Below, piece after piece: positions 39,360 through 53,200 of a stretch of DNA of 64,000 bases. The position numbers and the translations under genes are program-made. Location of the stretch: positions 18,790,113 to 18,854,112 of the forward strand of contig JAUZTB010000107.1 in the NCBI GenBank assembly GCA_034780895.1, read 5' to 3'. The notes below the pieces were generated by a model. The model searched no databases. It was not told the origin of the DNA and worked only from the letters and a program-made list of their open reading frames with translations. Numbering within the stretch: position 1 is the stretch's first letter; the number at the start of each line of letters is the position of its first letter. Origin of the DNA: Rhynchobatus australiae (Eukaryota).

Positions 39360-41489
39360 NNNNNNNNNNNNNNNNNNNNNNNNNNNNNNNNNNNNNNNNN
39401 NNNNNNNNNNNNNNNNNNNNNNNNNNNNNNNNNNNNNNNNNNNNNNNNNNNGTACACAGAAAAGATTGTGCTGAAAAATAGTATAAAGTAAATCAAAGTC
39501 TCATTTATAATTAAAATCACTTACTATGGAACCAAAGCTTTTAAGAAAGTTCCATGCAAAATTCTTTAGGCTAAATTCAAAGCTATGGACATACAACATA
39601 ATCACTGGGAAGAATATGGCAGAAGTGCAGGAAACAATTTCACCTCAGAGAAGTTATGTCAGTTAAGTACCGAATGGGATTGATACTAGGACCACCAGTG
39701 CTTCTAATATTCATCAAAAACCTGGATTCATAAAGTTATGAAAAGTGAAAGCATTTGGAATAAAACTATCAAATTAATCACATTCAACTTTGCCAAATAA
39801 GTTATTTTTTAAAGATGATCTTTTACACATTAATCAAATAAATTAACTTCAATTAATTGAAATGCTTGATTTTTCTATATACATAAAATTGAATCAAAAG
39901 GCAACTTATATTCTGATTTACATTGCAACCTGTTCCACTGACCTAACCTCATGGTGCCTCATTCTTTTCTGCCAATAGCCTACCTCTGTTTTTTCTTCTG
40001 TAACTTGTAACAAAAGTTGGATGTGAAGAGATCTTGGTGATATTGTGCAGTAATAGGAAAAGGACAGGACTCTTGGTGGATGTTGTGTGCATAAATGTCC
40101 TCTTTCTTATTTTCTTCTTACATTTATTTTCTCCTACAGGTCCAACTCTTTAATATTAAGGCCCGCCAATTAAATACGCAATTAAGAATAATCTGAGATT
40201 ATTTTCTTTAATCATGAGATCTAGTTTTTAGTGGAAATGTGTTTCCTTCATGTCTACAAACAGTGATTTTCTGTAGTGTATTTACATGATTTGGAACATA
40301 GAACATAGAAAAACTACGGCACAATTCAGGCCCTTTGGACCACAAAGCTGTGCTGAAAAATAGAAAATATGAAAGCCACAAAGGGAAAATATTTTTTATA
40401 ATTTCTAACACCTAAAAAACAAGCTAAGAATGACTTAGTAAAAAATAGCCATCATAGGTATTCATTTACTAAGAGCAAAAATGAATCATTTTAAAATTCT
40501 AGAACAAACTTAGTAAACAGCACAACTACCATTCAACATTACAGATATTTTGCAATCCAGTTTCTAAGACTACACCAATCAATCAAAATGCTTCAAAGCT
40601 TCTAAATGGAAGTTCAACAGTCTTTGAAAGAAATTGCTTTTCTCATCACTTCATAAATGCTCTCATTTTATTTTAATTGGCTTACATTATGTAATGCCCT
40701 ATGCAAACCAGCAGTCGATATAATTGACTCCAGTAAAGGGACAGTAACCTATGATAAATGTTCGATAGAGACATGCCAGAGAAATGACACGATATCTTTA
40801 AAACAATTATTTATTATTCATTAGAAGTGATGGGTATTTAAATCTTGGATCTTAATTGAGCTGTTCTATTAAAACATTTAGATCAAGGGCCTGCCTTACG
40901 GATGATGAAAACATCAGTTGGATAAAGTCTCAGCAGGGACTGTTAATGGTGCTGCAGTAGCTCCTGCTGCCTCTCCCTCAGGCTATACATTGCCAATTAT
41001 TCATAGGCTCCACCAACTGCATCGCCAACACTAATTTCATTTCATCAGGTGAGGATACATTGCAGGCATTGTCTCATATCATGGTTGCATTTTTCAATTG
41101 ACCCACGGCTGCTTCATCACAGTTGATCCCACCCATGAGGTTAGCACCATCTGTCAAGTTAGAGCAATTTGTATTGCACGTCTGAATCTAGTCATTCATG
41201 TGGATTAAAAAAAAATCAGAAAATGGCCATCAGTGATCCCTGGGGTAATCAATCTCATAATTTTCTTGCTTCTATTTCCATAGTGATAAGCTCTTGTGAG
41301 AAAATCTGCCAAGTTCTTTCTTTCCATATTGGCTTTATTTTTCTTCCTAGGAAATACCTTAAATCATAAGTAACTGAACCCAATTTTATATAATTTGCAA
41401 TCCTATAACAGTTTTATTACCTAAATGAAATTCTTCCTGACATTCTTGTTCTCTCTGTATTATTTTATCAAGCATATACAGGAAGATTC

Positions 41490-41740
41490 ATGCAAAATAC
41501 CACAGATTCTGGAAACCTGGGATCAAAATAGAAAAAGAAGGAAATAATCTAAAAGACAGGCAGCACCTTTGGATAGAGAAAAAGAGTTAATCTTTCATTT
41601 CAATAGTATTTCATCAGAACTGGAATTTTAATCAGTTTGTATGAAAGGTCACTGACTTTAACATTAACTTAGCTTTTCTCTCTCTGCAGATGATGCATGA
41701 TTTATTTAATATTTTCAGAATTTTGTGTCTTTAGTTTACA
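41490..41740. mobile_element. Palindromic Penelope-derived element with two opposed hammerhead-like motifs
   Basis: The left arm on the minus strand reads AGTT-CTGATGA-AATACTATTGAAAT-GAAA-GATT-AACT (41621-41585). The right arm on + reads cagtttgtatgaaaggtcactgactttaacattaact (41633-41669). The spacer is about 10 bp. Confidence 0.65.
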
Positions 41741-44337
41741 TAAAACAAATTGCTGCAATCTAAGTTTTCATAAATCAATGAGAACTGGGTGATCTGAGCT
41801 GACGAATATCTCAAAACCTGAGGAAAAATATCACATGAATTAGGCTGTCCAGATCATGAGGCTGTAACCATCACTGTCAGTTTGAGTCAATCAACTCACT
41901 TGGAGCCTAATTCCATGAAAGCACTCAGCAGTCAGCAGTCAGTGGTTAGTTGGTTGAGCTGTTTCATGTATTTACTCAGGATTGTATTAATATAGAAGAT
42001 GAAATTAGACAGAGCAAAAGTCTCCAGGCACTTGAAAATCTCCAAAGTATATGATCTCACAGCAGAACCAGTTTAGGATCTGCAGCAGCATTCTTGTATC
42101 AAAAGCAAGTCACGCTCATACTATCAGGTCACAACATCTGGTTCCTTCCACAAACTCAATACAAAATCTGGACTTGGTTGCACTTTGATGGAAGAATCTT
42201 TAATAAGTCAAGCTAACACCAGTTCTGCTTTAGGAGTGTGTGTGTGGGGGGGTGGGGTGGGGGGAGGTGAGGTGGTGTGGAGTATTGGTGGAGATGGAGT
42301 GTGGTGCCATTTGCATCTAAGAAAATGTCCGGCTCAGTATGTATGAGCTCTTGTGTATACAGCACTGCACTTATAAAATTAATTCCAACGTGAAAATTGT
42401 AGAAACAAACACCAGCAACTCTTGTTTTCAAAATGCGACATAGCAGGTGTAGCTAAATTTGGCTGGCTCAGTTCAAGTTCACCTGGATTTCAAATTCAGT
42501 AACAAGAGCCTAACAATAATGATTATGTAGGCATTTTCATGATTGACTTTCCAAACTGAGCCAGGAATGTGAACCTTCACTGATTTTCTATTACAGTTTG
42601 GATGAGACTGAGTGTAATTTTAACTGTGCTCTCCAATATTTTCCTTTCAAAATTCGAGCAATTTTCTTTTCCAATCGGTACAGCAAATGTATCTTGGAAT
42701 CAGGAAAGAAAATTCAGTAAAAAACAGTTAAAATATTATAATCTATCAAGATTGAGATCTGTGACAAGTCTTTACAATGTGGTACTTCAATACAATTTTA
42801 ATCTGGAGATGAGTTCTGAGTGCATGGATGGTTGCTTTTTTGCATTAAATTAACTGCAGAGCTCCTTTATATAAGTTCCCAGCCACTGGCAGTCTGATAT
42901 ACAGCCTGGAGGCCTATCTAACAGGAATCCTGCTTCACAAAGCTGTGGAAGAAACCTTTGAGAGGGAACTTGGTTAGAGCACGAGTGATCCTAAGCTCCA
43001 TGGTGGGGGTGAGGTCTGTCATATAATCAGCCTTGTTGTCATTGCTGAGCTTGCCAGCTAGTAGAGTTGTTTCTATCTGCTATCAGCAGCCAGTCAAAAG
43101 TGCCATTAGCATCCATTTGAGGGCACCCTGGTACAAGCGCTCACAGTTTCCATATCAATTTCCAATAACAATATAAATCAGTGTGAAGGCATTGTTACTC
43201 TTGGTCCAAAGAATCAGCAATTGAACAGGAGAGAATTATGGTAAAGTATATTGTATCATTGGGTATGGATTGTGTAAATGCACTGTATTCAAATCCCATA
43301 AAACCAAAAAATGGTTACTTAGACTATAGCTGTAAAATTATTAGTATTAACTTTATGTAAGAGATCAGTTCATTCATTTTCACATGTTCAAGTGTGGTAT
43401 TTATTATACTATTAAAATGTTCTGGTACAGGGACTAAGCTAGAAATAAGGTAAGTACTGAAGGGGATTTCAGAGAACTTGTGGTTGACAAACTTGGAGCA
43501 TGTATTTGAGAAGATGGCAGACATGGCATGTGGGAAGAGATTTGTGAACACAGTGTACATGAACTTTATGAAAGCCTTTAAGTTGTGAATTGGATTGCAG
43601 AATATGCCCAATTTACATTCCATTGTTTTAAGTGGAATGAACAGCCCTAATATTTCAAATAATAGCCTTCAATTTAGCCCTTATAACGCTAGATGTAAAT
43701 TCAGCCTGGTTATTGTAGATTCCAAGTTATGTACCCCACAATATTTCTTTAACATTTTTAAAAGATACCTTGCAATATTTCTTTAACATCTTGTAAAGGC
43801 AGGCTAACAAATACAATATCTGGACAATGTGTAATTAACAACAAAGGCAAGAAAGACAATGATGTAACATCTTTCTACTTTCTCAAGTGAAAGCCTGATT
43901 ACTTTTGACCAGGTTACTTAGCTGTTTCTTCAAATGGTTGCAATGCTGACAGAGGTAACCATAGTGAAGTACTTTAGAAATGCAAACAGTGGAGAAAGTG
44001 TAAGCACCACAGCCGCTCCTCTGTAAATTTATTCATGTCAAATTGACCTCGAGCTTCAATCACAGCCTCTGGCAGGAAACCAATGAGGATATGATTGCAA
44101 TCTATAGAGCAGATCTTCAAATAGGCTTCACAAAATGGGTGTAACTGGGAAAAGGGAGTGACGATTCATTATGGTGGATCTCCTGATATTCATAGTATCA
44201 TGCACATTTTTATTTCCAAAGCTCTTTTAAATACTAAACAAAGTCTGATCACAAGGATGATACATTATGGGAAGTTAATTTTCTGGAAGAAAATGCAAAA
44301 CACTGAAAGATGGATTCAAGGCCAAAGATGCTGTAAC

Positions 44338-44463
44338 AGATGTCCACATCTGCTGGAGGAACTCAGTGAGTCAGGCAGCATCTGTAGAGGGAAGTGGACA
44401 ATTGATGGTTTGGGTCAAGACCCTTCATCTGCAGTCTTTTGTGTCTCCAGATGTCCACATCTG
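44338..44463. mobile_element. Short Penelope-derived insertion flanked by a 16-bp direct repeat
   Basis: cagatgtccacatctg occurs on both sides of ctggaggaactcag...gggtcaagacccttcatctgcagtcttttgtgtctc. Confidence 0.75.
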
Positions 44464-44629
44464 TAGAGCTGGAGGAACACCTTTGCTCTGTCAATAGATT
44501 ATTGCATGCAGTGGCTCTGCTTTTCAGTAGGAACTGAAAATGGTCAATTATATCCACAAGGCCTGAGTAGCAACATATCAGTGGTTTGGGGATGCTTGCT
44601 TCAAAACCTCTGCTTCAGGGGATTTGCAT

Positions 44630-45065
44630 AAAAAATAAGAACAGAGTGGGTCATATGGGCCTTTGGGCCTGCTTTGTCATGCAAGATTATGGCTGATCAG
44701 ATTTTGGTTTGAACTCCACTTTCCTGCCTGGTCCCCATAATCCAAGTCAAATCAAGTCCTAAAGACTAACAAACTACCCATCACAGCCTTGAATATATTC
44801 AATGACTCAAGCTCCAGAGCTCTATGAGATATCCCAAAATTCACTACCCTTTGAAAGAAAAAAATCCTTCTTATTTCAGTTTTAAATGTTTAATCCCTTA
44901 TCCTGAGATTACATTCCCCCTGTCAAGGTTCCCCCACCAGAGAAAAGGTTCTTTGAGAATCTACCCTGTCAAAATCCCTCAGGATCCTGTAGGTTTCAAT
45001 AAGATTACCTGCCATTCTTCTAAACTCCAGAGAGCATACGCCAGTCTGATTAGATTTCCCTCTTA
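44630..45065 (-). mobile_element. CR1 3' fragment
   Basis: Reverse-complement CR1 tail and ORF2 end (ctaccctgtcaaaatccctcagg...ccattcttctaaactccagagag). Confidence 0.75.
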
Positions 45066-45229
45066 AAATAAGTCTTAAATCTCAACAAAGGTATGAGTTG
45101 GCAGGTTGGCAAACTACATTAAAAAGAGTATGTCAGTAAAAAAGTAATGGCCAACATTTATATAAAAACATAGTTTACAGCAAATATCCAGCAAATACCC
45201 AATAGGAAAGACAGTCCAGCCATAGTTAA

Positions 45230-46680
45230 TATGTAAGCGGTTGAGCCATAGATAACAAGTTAAAGGAAGTATCAGATAAAAGAAAAAGGTTTACACTGTA
45301 GCCAAAAAGAGCAGTAAGACTGATGATTGAAAAAAAATCAGATTTCAGTAAAGGGGGGCCAAGAAATTGATAAGGAAAAGGAAACTGGAATATAACAGAA
45401 ACCTGCTAAGAAATTTAAAAACAAAATGTGAACGCTTCTACAGAGATGTAAAAAGGAAAGGATTACCAAAAATTAATCTGGCTCCCTCACTGAGGCAAGA
45501 AAATTCATATTGGGGAATAACAAAGAGGCAGAGAAATTAAACAAATGTTTTTTATCTGTCCTCCTGGAGAAATTAAAGAGACTGAATGTTGATAAATCCC
45601 AAGATCCCGACGATCTGCATCCAAAGAAGTGGGAAGAAGTGGCTAAGGAGATAGTGGATGCACTGGTTGTTACTTTTAAAAAGAATGGTTCCCATAGATT
45701 GGAAGATAGCATATGTAACCCCACTACACAGGAAGGAGGAGGAGAGGAAATAGATGTAGGAAAATTGCAGGGGGGGCAGAGCACTCAGAAAGTAATAATA
45801 GGATTGGGCAAAGTCAATGGATCTATGATAGGGAATTCAGAACTTAGAATTCATATTAGAATTCTTGAGGCTGTAACTAGCAGAATGGATAAGAGCGAGT
45901 CAGGGATGCAGTACATTTGGGTATTCAGAAGGCCATGCCAAAGGTTATTAATCAAAATTAGAGGAAATAGGATTGGAGCTAAGGTACTGAGGACTGATTA
46001 ATAGACAGAAAATAGAGAGAGGAATTGGTCATATTTGGGATGGAAGGCTGTGGCTTGTGGGGTGGCACGAGGCTCACTGTTGTAGACCCAGCTGTTCACA
46101 ATCTATCGCAATGATGTGGATGGATGAACAAGTGTAATATATCCAAGTCAGGGGATGATACCAAACTTGATGGCAGGGTGAGTTGTAGAAGGGATATAGC
46201 GAGACTTCAGGGAGATTGGCAAGGCTATGACAGATTTAATATAATGTAGAAAAATGAGGTCATTTCCATTGATAAAAAAAATAGAAAAGCTGAGTATTTT
46301 TTTAAATAGTGTGAGATTGAAAGGTGATGCTGTTCAGGAGGACTTGGATGTCCTTTTACATGAATTACTTAAAACGAAAATGTAAGTACAGAAAGCAATT
46401 AGGCAAACAGTACATTTTTCTTTATTGCTAGAGAGCCTTGAGCACAAGAGTCATGATGTTGTGTTGCAATTATATAGGACTCTGGTAAGTCAGTAGGTAT
46501 ATTGTCTTTACATCTGGTCTCAGTATTAAAGAAAGGGTATGCCTGTGATAGAGAAAGTGCAATGAAGCTTAACCAGATTGATTCCTGGGATATGGATTTT
46601 TTTTAATGAGGAGAGATTAAGCAGCCATATACTCTACTGAAGTTGGAAGAATGAGAGGTAATCTCTTTGAAACAGAAGCT
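45230..46680 (+). mobile_element. Decayed, internally deleted CR1 ORF2
   Basis: Translates as EAEKLNKCFLSV, LNVDKSQDPDDLHPKKWEEVAKEIVDALV and RLLIKIRGNRIG, with later RT remnants. Confidence 0.85.
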
Positions 46681-46697
46681 ATCGATTGAAGACCGAG

Positions 46698-46701
<4 letters not shown>

Positions 46702-46744
<43 letters not shown>
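46702..46744 (+). repeat. (TG)n microsatellite, about 21 units
   Basis: Direct reading. Confidence 0.97.
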
Positions 46745-46749
<5 letters not shown>

Positions 46750-47554
46750 TGGGGAGATGTAAGTTTGGGGAGATGGACAGGGATCCAGCATCAGCTGTGA
46801 TCAGGAGTATTTTTGGGAAACTGGAAAAGTGTCAATCATTCCTAAATTGGGTCCTATGTATGGCACATTCATAGACTGAAGATTAAAAGAGTCCTATTGG
46901 TTGAAACAGGCTAGGCATTAGCAATAGGACTTTGTGAAACTGGCTGCAAACCTTTCTTCAGTGTTAACTGGGTAGTAAGTTTCCAAGCCCCAATTTGAGG
47001 CTGTTATTATCTATATAAATTTTGGCAAGTTAAAATTAACTCCAATACTTTTAGCTAGTTAGTCCCCAGTCCTTCTAGATATAGTGTTCCAATAACCTGA
47101 GTATTTCCTGCAAGGAATGGAGTATACGAACTTGCTCCAATTTTTGGTTTTGCAGCCTCAGTGTGGATCCTAGAAAATGTTTGATTATAACCTCAGCATG
47201 CTGTACAGTATGCAATAAGGAATGTGTAGCATTTTGGTGATCTTCCTGCTTAGGATATAATTCTCTTAAAAATCTGATAGTAAACACAAATAAAGGAGAT
47301 GGTTAACTGAAAATGACATGTTATAGGTCAGTCCTACGGCTATGATACCATTCATTTGTCCCATACAACACAGCTACATTAAAGTGCATTCAAGAGAAAA
47401 AATACACAATTACATTTTTGCTAAGGTTTCAGAAATGCACAGGAGCTCAGAAATAATGTTACTGTAATCTTTTAAGCAATACTTATTATTAGTTATTTTT
47501 TTTAAACAATCCCTCAGTGCCCAGATCTGCCCAAAAATGTTTCCTGTTTATTAT

Positions 47555-47825
47555 GCCACAGAGGAGAACGTTTGGCCCATTGAGTCCATGCGACCTTCCA
47601 GCAGACCAATCACATTGATCCCATTACCCCTTACCTTATTTCTCTGATTCTCTGCAACACATTCTTTATAAACCTGTCAGCACATCTTTGGATTGTGGGA
47701 GGTGACTGAGGGAAATCTATGCAGTCCTGGATGAGCGTTCAAACTCCACACAGATGGTATCCAAGGTCAGGATTGAACCTTAGTCCCTGAAGTTGTGAGG
47801 TAGCAGCATTAACTACTGCACCACA
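47555..47825 (-). mobile_element. V-SINE (HE1-like), diverged
   Basis: tctttggattgtgggagg...caaactccacacag...ggtcaggattgaacc...tgtgaggtagcagcattaactactgcaccac. Confidence 0.78.
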
Positions 47826-50789
47826 AGTATATTTATTTGGCTTTGCAGCAGAATGAAGTGTTTTCAAGAGATGATAAACTTTTGAAGCATCTGGAGATGA
47901 CAACGTTCTTACTGAAACTTTTGAACTACATATTTCCTTGTGTGCAGAGCTGTCAAATTTGAACAAACAACCTACTATAATATGGAATACAACCATGGCA
48001 AGGTCTAGCAGGATTCTGACCAAAGTATCAGCTTTGGTAATTGACACATGCAGTATGCTTTTAAATTGGCTGCTGTCTTTTATTCAACCAGCTCCAGTTT
48101 ATGCTTTACCTATGTGGGTGGTTGAAATGCAACATTGCTTCATTTAACTATAGTGTACTTTGATTTAAGTTCCACAAGCAGAGGGATAAGTTGAATAACA
48201 GGACCACAGTTCATGTGGTTGGCAAATAAATTTTAAAAAATGTTTAAAATCCTCTTCCTGAGCCCTCTGAAAGCATTCTTTAGAATAAATTCAAGTCAAA
48301 GACACCTCACAATAAACAGCTTGTTTTGGCTGTTCAGTTTTGGGTGGTATAAAATCAGTAGCCAGTGCAAAAAAATTAAAAGAATTCCCTCCTATCTATA
48401 ATTTTTCACTCCACCATGAGAAACTCATTATACTTTTGTAAGCCAAGAGGACAAAATTTAAAAGAAGTACTCAATCGATTACGTAGTGTCTTTCAGAGTC
48501 TGGAATGATTGCCAGGTCTTTTATTCACTTTTACTTCTTTACCATAGGCACAAGATGCCTGCTATAGAGCAGTAGGAGCTTTGTGTAAACTGTCACCCAT
48601 TCTGAGGGATAGAAAGGCTCTGCCCTTTGCGGTTCTTCAAACATGAGGCTCTGGCTAATAAAAACCAGAAACAAATGGCCAAGTGTTTTCAGCACCCTCC
48701 AGATGGCATTACTTTTTTACCGCTGCAAACGGCCTCTATTGTTTTGGAAAGGGACCAAGTTTTTCATCAGTCACTTTGACTGTTTGATTTAAACAGTGCT
48801 TCTCTAGGTCAGGGAAGGCTGCAGAAATGAAAGGATGAAAAGAAGGTGACGGTTCGATGGCCTCTGTTCTTTCACGGCAATGAACCAAGCAGTTTTTTTT
48901 CTTGGTTGCATCCCTCCCCCATCCTCCTTCTCTTCAGCTGGACTATTCCCTTAATCGCTTTAGTTCTGTAAGTATGAACTCACAAACTTTGAGAGCAAAT
49001 CAGCTGTTAGTTGATGGGAGGATTTTCCAGATTCCAGTGTCTTTTTGTGAGCATGTATCATCAAACTAATGAGCTGGTGTTACAGTTTTTCTTCTACTTA
49101 AACCTTAACAAATGGGGTTGTTCCAGTAAATGATAAGGTTATCAGAAAGTATAAGTTATCAAAAGTGAACATTTTGCTGGGTGACCCTGGGTATTGTCCA
49201 TGTTGTAAAATAAATACTGCATTAACTTTTTTCAGAGAGCCACTCATTCACATGATGTGCACTCACTTTGGCTCAAAGGACTGCTCCCTAATTGTATGTG
49301 CCAGTTCTGTTCCCATAACCAGCAGCAGTTTCCCTTGCTATGGGATGAAATGAAGCAAGTTGCCTTTCTTAACATAATACAATTAACCAAGTGGCACCTA
49401 CCTTATAATGCACGAATTGGTAGCAACAGTTACATTTGGATATTTCTCACTCTTAGTATTCGAAGTCACAGGGTACTTTAAAGTGAGCATCTAAACTGGT
49501 ACAATATCAGACCTGAACAATATAAAACTCTCTGAATTGAAACTGTCCATTTCCAGTAATTACATATCTGGGCCTCTTCTTCACCTTCTGAAATGTTGGA
49601 AATCCCTAAAGGCCATGGCACTCCATAAGTGATTATAAATGACATCCTGTATGTGCCCTCCAGTCATGTCCCTACAATTAATGCTAATCTGGTGGGTCTA
49701 CAGTTTCTTTCCTTCACAAGCAATAGGACTACATGATTTTCTACAATTCACTACAACTCTTTTAGTCCACAGTGAAGTACTGGATGTAGCAGCACATGGA
49801 GCCACAATTTACTTAATTATTGTAGCATAAGTGCAATCACATTTAGCAGTATGATCAGCTTTGTGTCCTAATCAAAGCCAAAACCAATTTTGTAATTGCT
49901 TCTGTTTCATTCCTTATATTGAATCTCTTTAAGTAGTATTATGACATAAGATGCTTTGCAGGAGTGTTACTAAATAAAATCTGATGACGGACAACTAAAG
50001 ACAGATAACCAAAAATTTGGTCAAAACTGTAGATATTAATGAGCATCTTTAAGAAGGGAGGAGGTAGTGAGGAGACAAAGCTTTGCAAGGAAATTTCAGA
50101 GCACAATGCCATTGGTGGAATGATTAATATAGGGAAATAAGTGATATGTAAGAGGCCAGAAATGGAGTGCTACATCACCCGCTACAAAAGCAAAAACAAT
50201 GTATAGCATCAATTTAGATCTTCCACATTAACATTATTTTTTATTTCCCACCACACAGATAAATCCTTCAACATAATAGTGCAATTATTTTTTGATTTAC
50301 AACATTACTGAAACTAAATGTCAGATTTTTTTCTCAATATTTTACCAGCATCCATTATGTTACACTATGATTTTATATTTATTGTGAAATTTCTTAATGT
50401 GTAATGTCATAAAGATTATATTGCCAACGTAACCATTAGCAGCTACATTCACAAACTAATCTATATGTTTCTGATGGCAGTACACAAATGTAAAGTGAAA
50501 TCAAAATGAAGNNNNNNNNNNNNNNNNNNNNNNNGAGCAAAGGATAACAGGAGGACTGTGAAGTCTCTGAAAAATATTTCTTTATAGAAATATCTCCAAG
50601 TTGTCCTTTATGCTACAAACTAAATTCAAGAGAGCACAGTTTAAGCACTGAAATACATATCACCAAGCATGGAGTTATTGAGGCGGAATTAATATTTGCT
50701 TTAAATTTTTTGTTATTGGCATCATTATTCTCTTTTATGGACTGTATCATCCTCTAAATAGGTCTGCCATGGCACTTGATGGATGAAAA

Positions 50790-50910
50790 TCAAAGAACTG
50801 CTGATCTAGATATCTGGGAAAAAAGAACAGATAATGCTAGAAATACCCAGCAAGTCAGGCAGTAACTGTGGAAAGAGAAACACTTTCAAGCTGAAAACGC
50901 TTTGTCAGAG
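50790..50910 (-). mobile_element. Penelope-derived terminal fragment
   Basis: gataatgctagaaatacccagcaagtcaggcagtaactgtggaaagagaaac, the same family as 24870 and 41490. Confidence 0.55.
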
Positions 50911-53019
50911 AATCATTCAGGATATTTGGTGGATGACTTGAAACAGTCTTTGGGCCTCTTTAACTTCTTTTCTCCTTGCTCTGGAAATGTGGCAGAGTAA
51001 AAGGAAAGCTTTATTTCTATTTTCCTGTGGATTGTTGGTCAGCTCCCAGCTTGCTGCCAAAAATCTGCAGGGAGCTGGGATAAACCCTTACCCCAACCAC
51101 TGACCTGGGAAATTGAGTTTCAATCAGGGCCATGAGAGGAGATCTCATTCCCTGTAAGAGTGAACTGCTCTGTACTAATAAATATATAGAACTTGAAATC
51201 AAGTGTTTTATTTTTATATTTACATTTTTGGCAACTGTAACTCGTTAATTCTCTATTACTAATCTACTTAAAAGCCTGATACAAAGCTTGAAAAAAAAGC
51301 ACAGCTACTGAGAAAAGTCAAGCATGAATCTCAGTGGGAATCTGCTGCAAAGGTCACAATAAATATATACAGGGAGCATTTGTAGCATTCCAGTCACATG
51401 AAGCAACTCACCGGCACCTAAGGACAGTTTCAAAGCCTGAAAGTTTTTATTTTGAAGATTCACCTTTAACAATGTGCTATGTATAAATACTTGGCAAGGT
51501 TTCAGTTCTAATTTCCTGAAAAAATGTTTGTACTTCCATCTGGGCTCCAGACGTGTACTGAAATGGACAAGTATTAAACGCTCCCCAGTAGAACACAGAC
51601 CTTACAACANNNNNNNNNNCTTGACATGTTAAACAAGAGCATTTAGATGCCCTGATCATTAGTGTGGGAGGCTTATATATTGACTCCATATGTTTGCTTT
51701 CATGATTTTAGGTCCACTCTTTTGGCCAACAGACAAATTCACTAGCACTGGTGTCTTGATACTCTTCAACAGTCCTCTGTATAGGATGTCCCAGAACCAG
51801 GGTGATAAAGATCATTGCAAAAATGCTTCTGCATTTCTCAAGTCTTGTCAGATAGCCATAGGACTTGTAAATTTCGGTTCACTGTCAGGCATTTTAAAAT
51901 GTCACTTACAAAGCACAGATTCACAGAACAATACAATGCATTAGGAGTCCATTCTGCACTTTAGTGGAACTAACAAAAACATCCCAGTCTCCTAATCTTT
52001 CCCTCTTCCTGCAATTGTTTAACAAATATTTGTATCTAATTTCAATTTCAGAGATGTTACTGAATCTGCTTCCACCATTCCTTCTAGATTGCCACTCGTT
52101 AGATAGAAAAAGCAAAAAATTTCCTTGCTGATTCTGGATCCTTTGTCAATTGCCTTCAATCTGTATCTTCAGTGGATGACCCTTCTGCCACTGCAAATAG
52201 TTCTTTGTTATTTACTTCACCAAACCATTCATGATTTTAAGGACCTATGTCAATCATATTTTCTCCTCACCTGCACATCAAAACATTCCTTTCTGCTCTT
52301 TTCCAAATCAGTAAGTTCTTCCTGGACTAAACCTTGCACTGGCTCAAAGTTGTTGGCATCATCCCATGACATCCTTGCTTCTGCTACCCATCGGAAGCAG
52401 AAATCATAGATGCCTTGCAAACCTTTTGCTGTTCTTCTCGAATGAAGTAACCTTGCAGCAATTTCCTGACAAGTAAATTTAACTGTTTACAGCAAAGGTT
52501 ACTTCATATCCTGCTGAATCCTTGGAGTTACAAAGAAACTGTTTATGAATGCTTGTATTTTCTGCCCTTATCAGCAGCTAAACAGAATGGACTGCAAAGA
52601 TGACTGGAAAACTTTGATAATATTGGATATTTTTCCCCAGAACTATTCTATTGAAATGGACAAAATGATGTAAGATCAATTAAAATCCACATCTCTTAAC
52701 TGTTTAGTATTTTCAAACACAAGAATCAATATTTGGGACTGGGAAGAATGCCAATACTCACTCAGCCTGTTGCAACCCCCCAGAGACAGAGACAGTGTCT
52801 GAAATACAGTATTTACTTTTCCAACTTTTAAAATTCTTGCATTTAGTTTATTTTCATATTTTATAACCTCTTCCTTCCTTCATTCCTTGAACCTTATAAA
52901 AATATTTTTCATTTATGCTTTTTAACTTTGTTTTTTAAACCATTTAGTTAGATCTAAGGCTTGTTATTAACCTTTATCCATGTGTCCATTCATCTATTTA
53001 ATGAAAACATTTGAATTCA

Positions 53020-53200
53020 AGAAATAAAAACAGAAACTGTTGGAAACAATCAGTAGGTCAAGCAACATCTAAGGAGAGAAGTAGACAAAAGTAAACATGA
53101 AAAATTTTCAACCTGAAACATTAACTCTGTATTTCCCTCTCCAAAGATGCTTACTGGCCTACTCAGTATTTCCAGAAATTCATGTTTTTAGTTCAAGATC
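53020..53200. mobile_element. Palindromic Penelope-derived element (decayed)
   Basis: Left arm aaacagaaactgttggaaacaatcagtaggtcaagcaacatct. Right arm acctgaaacattaactct...gatgcttactggcctactcagtatttccagaaattcatgtttt. Confidence 0.6.
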
